DNA of 64,000 nucleotides from positions 1-64,000 of the IMG/VR virus record IMGVR_UViG_3300020446_001892, one strand, 5' to 3'. The position numbers were made by a program, and so were the translations under genes. The notes under the pieces were generated by a model. That model worked only from the letters and a program-made list of their open reading frames with translations. It ran no database searches and had not been told where the DNA came from. The DNA is from a virus. Numbering within the stretch: the first letter of the stretch is position 1; each line of letters starts with the position of its first letter. Positions 29,201 to 39,534 of the stretch are shown here, in pieces.

Positions 29201-32200
29201 GATGTTAGTCCTGCATCTTCATACAATACAAAAGTGTTTAGCGTTACATCGCCAACAAATTTAGTTGTGCCATTTAATTGTGTAGTTCCTAATATATCTG
29301 AAAATGTAACTTGATCACCATTTGATAAGCCGTGGGTATTATCTGTAATTGTAATTTCAAAATCACCAGATCCTGCTATCTGAATATCTGTAATTGTTCC
29401 TGTTGTTACAGCACCGTATTCTATGGCTTGCAAAATTCTTGAATTGTATGAAAATATCATACCACCTGTGTATCCTGCATCACCAGGATTTTTAATTGTT
29501 TGATTTACTGTATCAGTAGCATCTTGCAATATACGTATTGCGTCACCTGCGTTTAACGCTTTGACAGAAAGATATTGGTCAGTGTTGTTTGCACCCATTT
29601 GACCTGTACCGCCTACCAATGATGCTTGTGTACTACGTCCTAAAGGATCTAGTTCAACTTCTACATAGTCAAAATCAGTATCAAATATTGCTTTAATTTG
29701 TGTGCTAGGAAGATTAGCTCCTTGATCATCAGTAATTGTAAATGAAGTACTTCTATATGTCTTTGTATCACTTTCATCAAAGTTTACTGCTGTACTTGGA
29801 CGCTCAGTAATATCTTGACTGTTCACACCATCAAATATTAATGTTTCAGAATGTCTATATTCAATTAAATCATCGTGTGCAATATTTTCTTGTATATCTG
29901 GAAAGAAGTCTGTGTTAGATCCTGCTTCTTGGATTGTTAATCTATAAATTTCGTTACTGAATGTTCCAGCAGTGCCTTGGAATATTGCACCTACCTTAAC
30001 TGTAAGATCGTTTGTAGGAGAAGCTCCTCCCATACTTGTACCTAACAAAGTAATTTCGTCAGCAATAGCATGTCCTTGACCGCTATTTCCTATAGTGATA
30101 CCACTTACAGTACCTGCTGATATACTAACTACAGCTTTAAAACCTGTGCCAGTTCCTGTAGTTGTATTTTGTGTAATTGTAAAGTTTCCGGTTGAGTTAG
30201 CTGGAGTGCCTGTGAAGCCTGCTCCACCTCCAAATGTGCTATCAAGCGAGTTTATACCTGTAACGACAGGAGCTCCATCTGCACCAATGTCACCATTATT
30301 GTTAGGATCTGATAAATTTTGTATATTTGTAATTTTATAATTTAATGGTCCAACTGTAGAATGCGGAACATAAACAATAGCATTTTTGAGTGGATTAACT
30401 TTATAATCATAAACTGTAATACTTGTATCACCTACAGCATTTGTAAATGATCCAAAAGTAAATGCCTTGATAGCTTGTGCTTGGTCTCTTGCCAATGTAA
30501 CCTGATCTGGAATTTCGTTAGGATCAGCTCCTTCAGCAACTAATCCAAAATTACCATAACCATTAGAACCGTTAAGTGATCTAATCTCTGAACCGTTTGC
30601 CGCATAATATGCCGCATGCGTATAATATGTAAACATACTAACCATTTCAGAGAATGCACCATTATTTGTAACTAGACCATATGCTAAATCATTAATTTGC
30701 GTAAAGTCATTACCTAATATAGATCTATTACCTGCTGTTTGTAAGAATAAATCTTGAATAATATCATCGTCACCGTGACCTGGATCGCCTGGCGAATCTC
30801 CACCAGCTTTATTATATCCGTTACTACTATTACTACCTGGATCTAAATATAAAACAGCTTTACCTGTTCCGCTATCATAATTTGATATAGCATTAACTTG
30901 ATAGCGTATTCCTTCAAAATAGAATGGAGCTGGTAATTGTGGCAGACGTAATTTAAGTCCTTGTGGTTGTCCTCCTACATCTAAACTTTCTACAGCAATA
31001 GTAAAAGAATTTAATGTAACTGCACCTCCACTTACACCAACTGATGTAGAACTTCCACTATTTGCAAGGATACGCATAGGAATATTACCTGTATATGCAT
31101 CAACATACATACCACCTCTAAATGCTTTTTTGTTTTCACTTTTGGAAAAACTAGATGCAGTTTGAATATACGGTGACTTTGTTAACACTTGTCCTTCTGG
31201 ATCAAGCACACACATAAAGCCGCCGTGTCCTTGCACAGTTACATTTCTTACAATAGTTGCATCGTCCAACAAGAAAACATCCATTTGATCATTACGTAAT
31301 GGCGGATTCCAAGTACTTGGATTTTCTAAAGGATATTGTACAATATCAATTAATTGTCCAACAAGTGTTACAACACTGGTTACTTCTACCCAAATATCTG
31401 GATCTAAAATTATATTTGATGTGCCAGGGTCTACAACTTCATTTGCAGATGTAGATGTATGTTTCCTAAGAGCCCTATAATATCTTGCACCGCCTCCAGT
31501 GCCTCTGACTACAAAATCTCCTTGTGCATAAAGATTACCAGCTGACCAAACCGGTTGTACATCACCAGCAGATATATCTGGATCAAAATTAGTACCAGCA
31601 TGTTTTGTAGGAGCAGTTCCAACAAGCAGTTGTCCTGCTAAGGTGCTTATGTGACCAATGGCCGCGGCTGTTTGTGATTCCTGTCCTGATACAGCACCTG
31701 AATAATATTCTCCTTGATTTTCTAAGGCAAATTCTTTACCACCATTTAGCAAATCTCTTACAAGTCCGTCAACAATAATTCCTGTATCACGTCTACATTT
31801 TTCTTCATTATAAGTGAAGGTGCCTTGAACACCTACATTGACAGTTATAGTGTTTGTACCTGTTGAATCAATATTGATAGCAGTATCATAAGCAGGGTCT
31901 CCTACTCTTGGATATGTATGATTAGTTGCATTATCATCTATATCACACGTAAATGTTAATGAATTTGTAGCAATTTTTATACTTGTTCCTGCAGAAAGTG
32001 TATGAGGACCAATGGTTAGTGTCATGTCTCCTGTAGCTGGATCATAAATTGCATTAGTTACATCATGATTTACGATAGGTGATGCGCCTACATTGATAGT
32101 AAAAGTATTTGTGTCTGATGCAGTTATAGCAAGAGTTTGTCCAGATGCAGGATCAGTTGACCTTGGATATGTTTTGGTTGCTGTATTACCATCCATTGCA

Positions 32201-35151
32201 CAAGTAAAGGATAATGCATTATCAGCAATAGTAATTGTATTTGCTGTTGTTAATCCATGTGTGGCAGAAGTTATAACCATGTTACCGTCAGCAGGAGTAT
32301 ATACAATATCAGTAATTGGATTAGGTAAATTACCAACATTACTTTGTACTGATCCTGATACAAATGTATGTGCATAAGCACCGCCAGATTGAACTGCGTT
32401 GCTTGCTGTACCACCTACATATGTGTGCGGACTTCCAGTTACAAAACTTGCGTTAACAAAATATATAACTTCATCTTGAATAAATTGTTTATTGCTTTTT
32501 ATTACTTTTGCGGCTTGTTTGTAAAATCCTAAATTACTTACATCAGATCCCACTTGTATTGGTTTAGTGTTATCAGACAAGTAATGATTACCAAAAAATC
32601 CTGTTTGTATACCTTCTTGATTAAAGAACGGCGTTCCTGTGGTATGTAGGGTTACACCATCAAATTCACTATCTCTATAAAAATATGTTCTTGCCCATTT
32701 ACTTTGTGAAACACGTTGTTTCGGACGTATTATTACTCGTCTAAATTCATCACCTTTGAGTGATGTATTATTAGGCAGTCTGATTGGATAGTCTTCTTCA
32801 TATTGTCCTGTTTCTACTCTTATTGTAACTTGCTTTTTCTTAACAAAGTTACCCATTTCAAGTTCTTCGCCTGGTGATTGTGTAGCATTGTCCTGTGTTG
32901 CATCAAACTCTTTAGGCTCTAATAATTGCATGAAGAAAGTTGTTTCATTAGTTGTTTGAGAAAATGTAATAATTCTACCTAATGCACCTGATCTCTTACC
33001 TCTGATAACTTTTCCTGGTAAAGCATCTGTGTTGTCTGGATTAGTTTGGTCAATAAATCCGCTAGAGTTGTTATCTACAGTTAAGAAGTATCTGCTTCCA
33101 AACACTATGTCTGCACCTGACTCAATACCGTTTTGAATAATATTATTGATTAATGCTACATTGTTTGTCACAGAACTTGCGGCATTAGGTTCTGCACCGC
33201 CACCAATACCATCGCTTACTTGTGTGCCTGAAGTATCTTGTTGGAATTTAGTTTGATAACGTAATCCAATTTTTCCTACAGAAGTATAATTGCTAAAAGT
33301 GCTGTTGTCAAATGCAGTAGTTAAAGAAGCATCTGCAAATAATTCTGCTGTTGTTGCATCAATTACTTTTACAAAAGCAAATTTATCATTTATTTCAGTC
33401 ATACCTCCAACACCGAAAAATTGTATAATATTTCCGTCGGATAATCCGTGATCTGTCTGTGTTATAATTCTTCCAGGATTTGCTCCATCAAATTTTGTTA
33501 AACCATTGTTATTTGCAAGCAAATCTTTTTCATTAAGTTTTTTATTTTGTAATATACTATCTGTTATTAAAGTGCCTAAGAAACTAAATGCATTTACAGT
33601 TTGCTTTAATTGTGTTGTAATTGTAATTCTTCCGCTAACGCTAGAATAATATCTCTCAGCGGCAATCCTTGTCATACTGTTAGCAGTATCACCTCTATTA
33701 GCGTCTATTCTTAAAGAATCAATTATTAATCCTAAGTCTCTTTCGCAAGTTGCTTTATTGTATGTAAAATTAGGAAATGTGTAGCTTATATACGCACTAA
33801 CTTCTGCTATAATATAATCTTTGTTTAATTTTAAAGTTGCATTAGTAATTGGTGAAGTTGGATTTTCAACTCCTTGCGTATCAGTAACACAGTCGGTTGT
33901 AGTACCACCAGTTGTATGTGCTAATGTTTGAAAATATGGTCCTGGCTCTTCCGGTGCTGTTTTTACTAATTCTTCTGCTCGTCTTGCCGCGGCATTTATG
34001 GATCTAAAAGCATATGTAAATGATGTGCCTTCTTTTCCATTAGGTACACCTTGCATAGTATCGTCGCCGCTAGTACTAACATGCAACACCTCAGGTGAAC
34101 TATATGCAGTGTTATCAACATAATATTTTGTTGCGGCTTGTAAGTCTTCTTCTCCGTTTGGAGTTCCGTCACCTGCTAAATCACCAGGATGATCTGAAAG
34201 GAATAATGTTCCTTCCATTGTGTCACCTTGCCTTCGAGTAATGCTCTTTCTAGGCATACCAACATCACTTAAGAAGTTGCCTGGAAGTGTCGCATCATAA
34301 CCAGCATCTGTAATTTTGTGTGTATCGTTAGCAGATATTGTTCCTGAAACATTAATTTTATTGGCCGCCGCCTCTGATGAAGATTCAGTTCTTGCTTCTT
34401 CTGCTGAATTAAATAATGATAGTTGATCTGTGGTAGCGAATCTAATATAATAGGTTTGGCCTGTAACTAGATTATTTGGATCTGTATCTTCCGCTGTGAA
34501 AATAAATGCTGTACCATTAGCACCACTATCATATCCGTGCCCTGCAATGAATAGGTTACCATCTACATAAGATGTTATAGTTTTAATAAATCCTGAGGTA
34601 TCAGCTGGTTCTGGTGCAATTCTAATAGGCAGGCCACTTGTGATATATCTTCTATCTGCGTACCCTCTTGTGATAACAAGATCATCAATCGTGTAACTTG
34701 TTGTTCTGCCAGGTTGGGAGTTTAAGGCAACTGCGGCAGATTCAGTAATTGCTACGCCGGCAATACCAAAATTTGCGGCGTTAAGATGTGATCCTAATGT
34801 TGGAGCAGTATTATCATCTACAATAGCACTAAATGTTGTTGATAGGATAATTTTACCAGGTACTGATGCTGTATCAACTGATACACTATCATTATTAATA
34901 GGATTTAAATCTGAATCACTACCAATTTCACTGTAAATAATGGCTGTACCAGATGCATTGGTTGTAATAATTTTTCCGCCTTCTATGGAATTTGGAGTAT
35001 CTCCTAGTGTAGTAAATCCAATTTGTCCACCTTGTCCAAATACTGCATATAATTCTTGGAAGTTTTCATTTACTTTACGAAAGGATTCACGTATACTATC
35101 GCCGGTGCCGTCATTACCCTCAACACCAATGTTTACATCTTGTTTTGCCAT
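26257..35151 (-). CDS. Giant (2964 aa) virion structural/tail fibre protein
   Basis: gp9/gp10-like N-terminus, HGL.. beta modules, internal duplications, C-terminal YADLAEYY intramolecular-chaperone-like domain. Confidence 0.85.
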   Translation of the reverse strand: MAKQDVNIGVEGNDGTGDSIRESFRKVNENFQELYAVFGQGGQIGFTTLGDTPNSIEGGKIITTNASGTAIIYSEIGSDSDLNPINNDSVSVDTASVPGKIILSTTFSAIVDDNTAPTLGSHLNAANFGIAGVAITESAAVALNSQPGRTTSYTIDDLVITRGYADRRYITSGLPIRIAPEPADTSGFIKTITSYVDGNLFIAGHGYDSGANGTAFIFTAEDTDPNNLVTGQTYYIRFATTDQLSLFNSAEEARTESSSEAAANKINVSGTISANDTHKITDAGYDATLPGNFLSDVGMPRKSITRRQGDTMEGTLFLSDHPGDLAGDGTPNGEEDLQAATKYYVDNTAYSSPEVLHVSTSGDDTMQGVPNGKEGTSFTYAFRSINAAARRAEELVKTAPEEPGPYFQTLAHTTGGTTTDCVTDTQGVENPTSPITNATLKLNKDYIIAEVSAYISYTFPNFTYNKATCERDLGLIIDSLRIDANRGDTANSMTRIAAERYYSSVSGRITITTQLKQTVNAFSFLGTLITDSILQNKKLNEKDLLANNNGLTKFDGANPGRIITQTDHGLSDGNIIQFFGVGGMTEINDKFAFVKVIDATTAELFADASLTTAFDNSTFSNYTSVGKIGLRYQTKFQQDTSGTQVSDGIGGGAEPNAASSVTNNVALINNIIQNGIESGADIVFGSRYFLTVDNNSSGFIDQTNPDNTDALPGKVIRGKRSGALGRIITFSQTTNETTFFMQLLEPKEFDATQDNATQSPGEELEMGNFVKKKQVTIRVETGQYEEDYPIRLPNNTSLKGDEFRRVIIRPKQRVSQSKWARTYFYRDSEFDGVTLHTTGTPFFNQEGIQTGFFGNHYLSDNTKPIQVGSDVSNLGFYKQAAKVIKSNKQFIQDEVIYFVNASFVTGSPHTYVGGTASNAVQSGGAYAHTFVSGSVQSNVGNLPNPITDIVYTPADGNMVITSATHGLTTANTITIADNALSFTCAMDGNTATKTYPRSTDPASGQTLAITASDTNTFTINVGASPIVNHDVTNAIYDPATGDMTLTIGPHTLSAGTSIKIATNSLTFTCDIDDNATNHTYPRVGDPAYDTAINIDSTGTNTITVNVGVQGTFTYNEEKCRRDTGIIVDGLVRDLLNGGKEFALENQGEYYSGAVSGQESQTAAAIGHISTLAGQLLVGTAPTKHAGTNFDPDISAGDVQPVWSAGNLYAQGDFVVRGTGGGARYYRALRKHTSTSANEVVDPGTSNIILDPDIWVEVTSVVTLVGQLIDIVQYPLENPSTWNPPLRNDQMDVFLLDDATIVRNVTVQGHGGFMCVLDPEGQVLTKSPYIQTASSFSKSENKKAFRGGMYVDAYTGNIPMRILANSGSSTSVGVSGGAVTLNSFTIAVESLDVGGQPQGLKLRLPQLPAPFYFEGIRYQVNAISNYDSGTGKAVLYLDPGSNSSNGYNKAGGDSPGDPGHGDDDIIQDLFLQTAGNRSILGNDFTQINDLAYGLVTNNGAFSEMVSMFTYYTHAAYYAANGSEIRSLNGSNGYGNFGLVAEGADPNEIPDQVTLARDQAQAIKAFTFGSFTNAVGDTSITVYDYKVNPLKNAIVYVPHSTVGPLNYKITNIQNLSDPNNNGDIGADGAPVVTGINSLDSTFGGGAGFTGTPANSTGNFTITQNTTTGTGTGFKAVVSISAGTVSGITIGNSGQGHAIADEITLLGTSMGGASPTNDLTVKVGAIFQGTAGTFSNEIYRLTIQEAGSNTDFFPDIQENIAHDDLIEYRHSETLIFDGVNSQDITERPSTAVNFDESDTKTYRSTSFTITDDQGANLPSTQIKAIFDTDFDYVEVELDPLGRSTQASLVGGTGQMGANNTDQYLSVKALNAGDAIRILQDATDTVNQTIKNPGDAGYTGGMIFSYNSRILQAIEYGAVTTGTITDIQIAGSGDFEITITDNTHGLSNGDQVTFSDILGTTQLNGTTKFVGDVTLNTFVLYEDAGLTSKTNGSTFTAYTGPSGTWVDAESVYFLKVQALTANDVTGSTANNIGYVNDVQRNVYAGLINGTTAEITIAISLLRATGHDFTEIGTGGFNTSNYPNVLLGSAVGGLEAKAGPYTDADNATSSQVWERRKGRVFFISSDNDGFFRVGKYFVVDQSTGSITFAGEVGISRAASLGFKEGVTIDEFSNDELFTDNSDTAVPTEKAIANYVSRRLGHNGTAQLTGSNRFDPGFLALNGSTGMEATLDMSSNKIANLQDPTDLKDAVTKEFMDEAVSAYDEITDLRNWTDHSVSPANLTKQLVVPTGVRKIVVEAESSTLFDPNSANKEITGSGGATGTLIAREARFDKVQNANVVILTYTPGATDFTNLGSVQQTSPSVSSAILEAPIDEYVRAVESTASDINLTVTRGATNTEWDLQIEADSIINADVHAPIDNTEFTTDAIVQSKLNMNVASAIAAAPTGDAQTIQASLGVAAFDDDDFTVTDGWVTLKENQVDLADLPELDQYQIIGRTTAGVGDPEIDTYANVVDKGLGIADGDFTAVQPYGNPVNDPGKALITTGTGVYTTSEVAYDNENVSIAKRDDSGNLHATAFIVGANSTNVVLSESSNTLTFSTPEQGKILDAVGSSKPTINTGGVIRVGDISAYTESVLHRNSPFGSVGGAGGGTTEVSAVRTRWTYTSFIEAPDELDGTGTGIGIGENTGFSQGGADIVTFVTGGNVEAKVTTTGIESDDIRSMTTDTNLNIQANGTGTVYVNDTMTVTGQITGTIDNADNATNANNINVDEKNDSVNYQVLFSDANGTSFQRPYIDTDDAHFTYNPNTHSLTVGTIQATTLTTGAATTTGSVTGRWSLTANSRFEATYADLAEYYEGDKEYEVGTVLIFGGEKEVTESTEHKSTKVAGVVSDQSAYTMNQECPGIKTLVALQGKVPVNVIGKIQKGDMLVASAIPGYAVADNDPKVGSVIGKAIDTKDDADKGVVNAVVGRV

Positions 35152-35222
35152 TATATTTACTCCAGGTTAAACTGCTTAAACATATTTATCGTTTGTTTTT
35201 ATAATCTTAATGTAAATACTAT

Positions 35223-35510
35223 ATGTTCATTAAAGAATATAGTATTAAAACTAAACATACACGTAAAAGCAAGTTAGGTGCTGAACATACATATATGAGA
35301 AGCCAAACTATTGCTTTATTTAAGTGTGATAGTTGTGATGAGGAATTTAAACGGCTTAGAAGCAGTATGGATCCTAAGCGTCTAAGTAATAATTATTTTC
35401 ATGTTTGTAAAAATTGTAATGCAAAAGTTTTTGCACAGAAAAAAGGCATAGAAAAGAAGCAAATGTGGGATTTGCCTGCAAGTTCTGATATCCCTATTAG
35501 TAAACTTTAA
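35223..35510 (+). CDS. Zn-finger hypothetical protein
   Basis: CDSC...CKNC; TAAATA 4 nt before the ATG. Confidence 0.7.
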   Translation: MFIKEYSIKTKHTRKSKLGAEHTYMRSQTIALFKCDSCDEEFKRLRSSMDPKRLSNNYFHVCKNCNAKVFAQKKGIEKKQMWDLPASSDIPISKL

Positions 35511-35791
35511 ACAGCAAATGATTCACCACAACCGCAACTGGCTGTAGCATTAGGATTTACTACTTTTAGATAAGATCCGCCTAGCTCTTCTACATAGTCA
35601 ACAGTGCAACCAAATACAAACATTTCTGCCATAGGATCTAACCATAGATTTCCTATTGTTGCTTCTTTGTCAGTTACACCCCATTCGTATTGAAAACCAG
35701 AACATCCTCCACCTTTGACTGTTAGAGATACATTAGGCTTACCTACTTTTGCAAGATAAGCCTTTGCATTATCAGTCAATTGAAGTTTCAT
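35507..35791 (-). CDS. A-type Fe-S cluster carrier (HesB/IscA/ErpA family)
   Basis: GGGCSG and CGCGESF; start placed at the ATGA overlap (35791). Confidence 0.92.
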   Translation of the reverse strand: MKLQLTDNAKAYLAKVGKPNVSLTVKGGGCSGFQYEWGVTDKEATIGNLWLDPMAEMFVFGCTVDYVEELGGSYLKVVNPNATASCGCGESFAV

Positions 35792-35952
35792 TCGCTTTTC
35801 CAGATTGTCCATGCACCGTATGCAATAGCAATGCCTGCCGCAATTTTAGCTAACGGAGCAAGAAACAAAACCATTAAGCCTAGTATTACAAGCGCCGCAC
35901 CATCCCAAGATGTGCGTTCCTTCATTCTTGAATCTAACCACTTTTTAATCAT
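35788..35952 (-). CDS. 54-aa membrane protein (missing from ORF track)
   Basis: MIKKWLDSRMKERTSWDGAALVILGLMVLFLAPLAKIAAGIAIAYGAWTIWKSE; ATGA overlaps on both sides; GGAG SD. Confidence 0.75.
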   Translation of the reverse strand: MIKKWLDSRMKERTSWDGAALVILGLMVLFLAPLAKIAAGIAIAYGAWTIWKSE

Positions 35953-36134
35953 GCGTACTTCTCCCCTTTTGATGTAAAGGAACCGGTAGTTTTCATTCCT
36001 TTTACTTGTTTTTTAACTAAATTAGATTGTTTTACATTTAGTTGTGTTCGACTATTACCACCTGATCCTATTTTATCTGGTCTAGGACTAGTAATTTTGT
36101 CAACTTTTAAGTCTTTTCCACTATCAATATACAT
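35949..36134 (-). CDS. Small basic hypothetical protein
   Basis: 61-aa ORF coupled to its neighbours. Confidence 0.55.
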   Translation of the reverse strand: MYIDSGKDLKVDKITSPRPDKIGSGGNSRTQLNVKQSNLVKKQVKGMKTTGSFTSKGEKYA

Positions 36135-36427
36135 TACTTACTCCTTACGAAAGTATTTAAACTTTCAAGTGTTTTACTTTGTCTGGAGACAGTTCTTTCA
36201 AGAACGCTTATAGCCGCTCGTTGTTTACGTATTTGATCCTCTAAACTTTGCACATACCTAAAACTAGGTACTTGTTGTTCTGCACCGTCCTCACTAACCA
36301 TAACAATATGATCAACTCCTTGCCCTTTTAATCCTCCTGTGACTCTATTTGGATTTTTACCAGAGGGGAGCGAAGGTTGGTCGGTTTGAATCGGCTTTCT
36401 GCCGTACATTTTGTTTAGATAACTCAT
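36134..36427 (-). CDS. Hypothetical coiled-coil protein
   Basis: Start at 36427 with GGAG SD and TAAATA. Confidence 0.65.
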   Translation of the reverse strand: MSYLNKMYGRKPIQTDQPSLPSGKNPNRVTGGLKGQGVDHIVMVSEDGAEQQVPSFRYVQSLEDQIRKQRAAISVLERTVSRQSKTLESLNTFVRSK

Positions 36428-37493
36428 TATTGTTCTCCGTATAGTATTTATGCAGTGCAACAGATGCTAGATTTTTTGCTTTGCTTTCTACCATAATATC
36501 TGCATGTGCCAAAAAACTAAGTGCCCAGTCATTTACAGCATTATTCCACATGTAATCTGAATGAGCTCTAAGTTTAGCTTTTTTGTATTCGCCTGATAAT
36601 AAAATATCCATATCAGGTTTGCTGTCAATAGGATGTTCTACAAGAATATCTTCGCGTGATACGCTGTAATGAATCACAGGACGTACACCACGCCACGAAT
36701 CTATTATGCGAGCAAATCTATCGTCGGAGGGAGATATATATTCTCCTGAATTGACCCAGTGATGGTGTATGTCAAGTACAAGTGCGACATCTTCGCATAG
36801 TTCGAGCGATGCTTCGATCCCCCATTTGTTCTCGTCATTTTCGATTGTAATTGTGTTTCTCGCCTCCGCAGATAATCTTGGGAGGACTGCTTTGATACCG
36901 GCTGGACCTTGCCTGCCGGATATGTGGACGTTACATTTAAAGTCCTGGAACGATTTGCCATAGCCCATCCATCTGATGCAATCAACATGATATTCAAACT
37001 CCTCTATAGATCTTTCAACAATGTCCGGGTTGTCGCTTGCAAGTACAGTAAATTGGCCTGGGTGCATCGATAATCTGACATCGAGGGCTCTTGCTGTTTC
37101 ACCGACTGGCTTGAAGTGTTTCTCGCAGTAGTCACGAACATCTTGCTTACGCCAATAATAAGACCAAGTAGGCTCGGTATAAACAGGAAGCACATCGCTA
37201 CCCAGTCTGACCATACGAAGTTCTGGAGGAAGGCTTCCCACATACTCAATTAACCTTTTGTATGACGCAATGTTGTGAACCATTATGTCCCACAAGCGTT
37301 CTTCAGCTACGTCACGTGTTTGTCTATTCAACCATGCGACAGTTGTGCTACGTGTATTTAGCGGACGTTGTATTTCTTCTAGTAATTTTTTCTTTTGTGT
37401 TTGATCAGGATGCAGATATTTGCAAGCAAACCCTATACGTTTTTGCTGGTTCTTCAAAAAGTCACCTGCTGATGTAAATATTAAATCATTCAT
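36357..37493 (-). CDS. uvsE: UV DNA damage endonuclease (UVDE)
   Basis: RIGFAC, RLGSD, RLSMHPGQF, IENDE, LDIHHH, AHSD, MVESKAK. Confidence 0.93.
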   Translation of the reverse strand: MNDLIFTSAGDFLKNQQKRIGFACKYLHPDQTQKKKLLEEIQRPLNTRSTTVAWLNRQTRDVAEERLWDIMVHNIASYKRLIEYVGSLPPELRMVRLGSDVLPVYTEPTWSYYWRKQDVRDYCEKHFKPVGETARALDVRLSMHPGQFTVLASDNPDIVERSIEEFEYHVDCIRWMGYGKSFQDFKCNVHISGRQGPAGIKAVLPRLSAEARNTITIENDENKWGIEASLELCEDVALVLDIHHHWVNSGEYISPSDDRFARIIDSWRGVRPVIHYSVSREDILVEHPIDSKPDMDILLSGEYKKAKLRAHSDYMWNNAVNDWALSFLAHADIMVESKAKNLASVALHKYYTENNNELSKQNVRQKADSNRPTFAPLW

Positions 37494-38193
37494 TAATTAT
37501 GCCTTTAATTTTCCAGGGTGTAAAGCATACACTTCCTAGACTTATGTGGTCTGCTCCTGCATTGATATATGCTTGAGCATCTTGTTTTGTACTTACACCG
37601 CCACCTGCAATTACTTGCACATGTGAATGCTTGTTTTTTATGTATTCAATTAGTTTCATAGTATATGGCATAATAATTTTGCCTGATAATCCACCCTTAT
37701 CGCTTGGTATTGTATTACTTGCATGTATTTGATTATAGCCTATTTCGACTAATTTGTCAACCATATTATTATCAGCTATAGGAGGTATTTTTACAATAGT
37801 AAATTCTCCACGCATATGTTCAGGAAACTTATCAAAACTAGGCCAATTCATAGTATCATTACATGCATCTAAATTAGGACAACTAATGTTAAGTTCTATA
37901 TTTCTTTCTGGACCTATGGCTAATAGTATTTTCTCCCAATCAGAAGGATCTAGAGCCGCTAAACTAAGCACCTGGCTGTAAGATGTTTTAAGCATGCCTG
38001 CGAATAGTCCAGGATTACGCAATCCCAATTGATTACGCCATCCCCATCCGGCTTCAGTCTTTACATAACGTAAAGTTTTTATTATCTGTTTAATACGGCC
38101 TGGTCTAGGGTTAACTGTAAATGTTCCTTTAACACTTATAGCATTTTTAAATTTTAAATAATTCCCAAATGGTGCACTTATAAAATATTTCAT
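37486..38193 (-). CDS. Dihydroorotate dehydrogenase-like FMN enzyme
   Basis: NQLGLRNPG, ELNISCPN, SNT, GGLSG, GGGV. Confidence 0.8.
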   Translation of the reverse strand: MKYFISAPFGNYLKFKNAISVKGTFTVNPRPGRIKQIIKTLRYVKTEAGWGWRNQLGLRNPGLFAGMLKTSYSQVLSLAALDPSDWEKILLAIGPERNIELNISCPNLDACNDTMNWPSFDKFPEHMRGEFTIVKIPPIADNNMVDKLVEIGYNQIHASNTIPSDKGGLSGKIIMPYTMKLIEYIKNKHSHVQVIAGGGVSTKQDAQAYINAGADHISLGSVCFTPWKIKGIINE

Positions 38194-39008
38194 TTCCAAT
38201 TCTCCAATACCCAAGGATCTTCACAATTAGCAGGATTTGGATCTCCGTGAAATACACATAAACAAGTTTCAGGTCTTGGTTCTACATGTTCTATTGTTGC
38301 AAGTTTCCTATTGCCTTTGACACCGCCAGGTGCAAACGATCTATCTGATCTAATTTCCCACTTCCAACTCATTATCCATTCATCTGGGAATAACCTTGCA
38401 TTTTTTCCGTTACGGACTGATTCATCATACAAATAGTCTTGATCACCAAAAAATTGTTTTTGAATAGCTAATGGATCTCGCGAGTATTTGTCCCACAAAA
38501 ATCCTAATTGTCCAGTTTGAAATCTAACTACACTACTATTGTATCGTTGCCATCCTGGTCTCATAACTCTTGTAAAATCTCTAACTGTACACCAGTATCC
38601 CGGTTGAAAAACAAATAACCTATCTAAATTACCTGCAACCACAACGTCGAGATCCATATATAAAATAGTGCCTTTAATAGGCAAATCCGCAGAATACATA
38701 TATGGTTTGCACCACCATCCTGCTAAATTACTTGGTAATGGAATAACTATAATATCTTCATGTAAGCCGTTGGAATCTTCAGTCATACATGCAAACTTGA
38801 AATCAATAGTTGTGTTACGTTTTACCATTCTAAATAAACGGTTTACATAGTCAGCAGAATACTTTGTTCCATGTTTCAAACATAAAACAAAATATTCACT
38901 TTCCGTTGTTGGAATAGCTAATCTTTTAGACTCTTTTTCTCTACGTCTTAATTCACGTATCCGATGCCATTCTTTTTTAGTGTAAATTTCTTTTTCAATC
39001 TTAGCCAT
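38190..39008 (-). CDS. Glycosyltransferase (GT-A fold)
   Basis: KYSADYV, WW.K, YMDLD (DxD), NSSV, GDQ, VFHG. Confidence 0.8.
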   Translation of the reverse strand: MAKIEKEIYTKKEWHRIRELRRREKESKRLAIPTTESEYFVLCLKHGTKYSADYVNRLFRMVKRNTTIDFKFACMTEDSNGLHEDIIVIPLPSNLAGWWCKPYMYSADLPIKGTILYMDLDVVVAGNLDRLFVFQPGYWCTVRDFTRVMRPGWQRYNSSVVRFQTGQLGFLWDKYSRDPLAIQKQFFGDQDYLYDESVRNGKNARLFPDEWIMSWKWEIRSDRSFAPGGVKGNRKLATIEHVEPRPETCLCVFHGDPNPANCEDPWVLENWK

Positions 39009-39480
39009 CTATGTGTGATATCTTTTGCCATGTAAAGGGTGTATAGATAGCACTATTGGCACCATGCTCTGCACATTCTGCTGACTCGCACCATACTCTG
39101 CCACCTGTGTCATTCTTAACAAGTTCATTAGCAAAGTTCCAAGCATGATAAGCAAAACGCTCTGCACCTACACCATCAAGTTGTACAATCTGTGCAAGTC
39201 CTTTTGTCTCAAGCAATAGTAATTCGTCTTTCATTGGATCATTTTTATCAATCACAGTTTTGTGATCAAAAGTATCTTCTAGCCATTGCTTCAAAGGTTT
39301 CAATCCACCAAAGTCCTGTACCCAGTTCCTATGATCTAAATCACTAGAACCAAACGTAAACTTAAATTGTAAACTGTATCCATGTAAAAATCTACAGTGT
39401 GAATGATCTGCGTGTGGTTGACGGAACACCGCTGAAAGTCCGATGTTGTGTCCGTATGTTTTTGTACTGTAATAAGCCAT
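39001..39480 (-). CDS. queD: 6-pyruvoyl/6-carboxy-tetrahydropterin synthase
   Basis: HCRFLHGY, DFGGLK, FDH, E..NSA. Confidence 0.85.
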   Translation of the reverse strand: MAYYSTKTYGHNIGLSAVFRQPHADHSHCRFLHGYSLQFKFTFGSSDLDHRNWVQDFGGLKPLKQWLEDTFDHKTVIDKNDPMKDELLLLETKGLAQIVQLDGVGAERFAYHAWNFANELVKNDTGGRVWCESAECAEHGANSAIYTPFTWQKISHIDG

Positions 39481-39505
39481 ATTTCTGTGTCCTTGTGTTT
39501 AGTAT

Positions 39506-39534
39506 ATAATACTATATATTTTCTATATTGTCAA
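39506..39534 (-). promoter_or_regulatory. Sigma70-type promoter
   Basis: TTGACA-17-TATTAT upstream of queD. Confidence 0.7.

Noticed and set aside
403-35277. Many plus-strand ORFs in the track (e.g. 715-1251, 24962-25852, 27218-28348)
   Set aside because: Antisense shadows of long minus-strand genes; no SD or recognisable motifs
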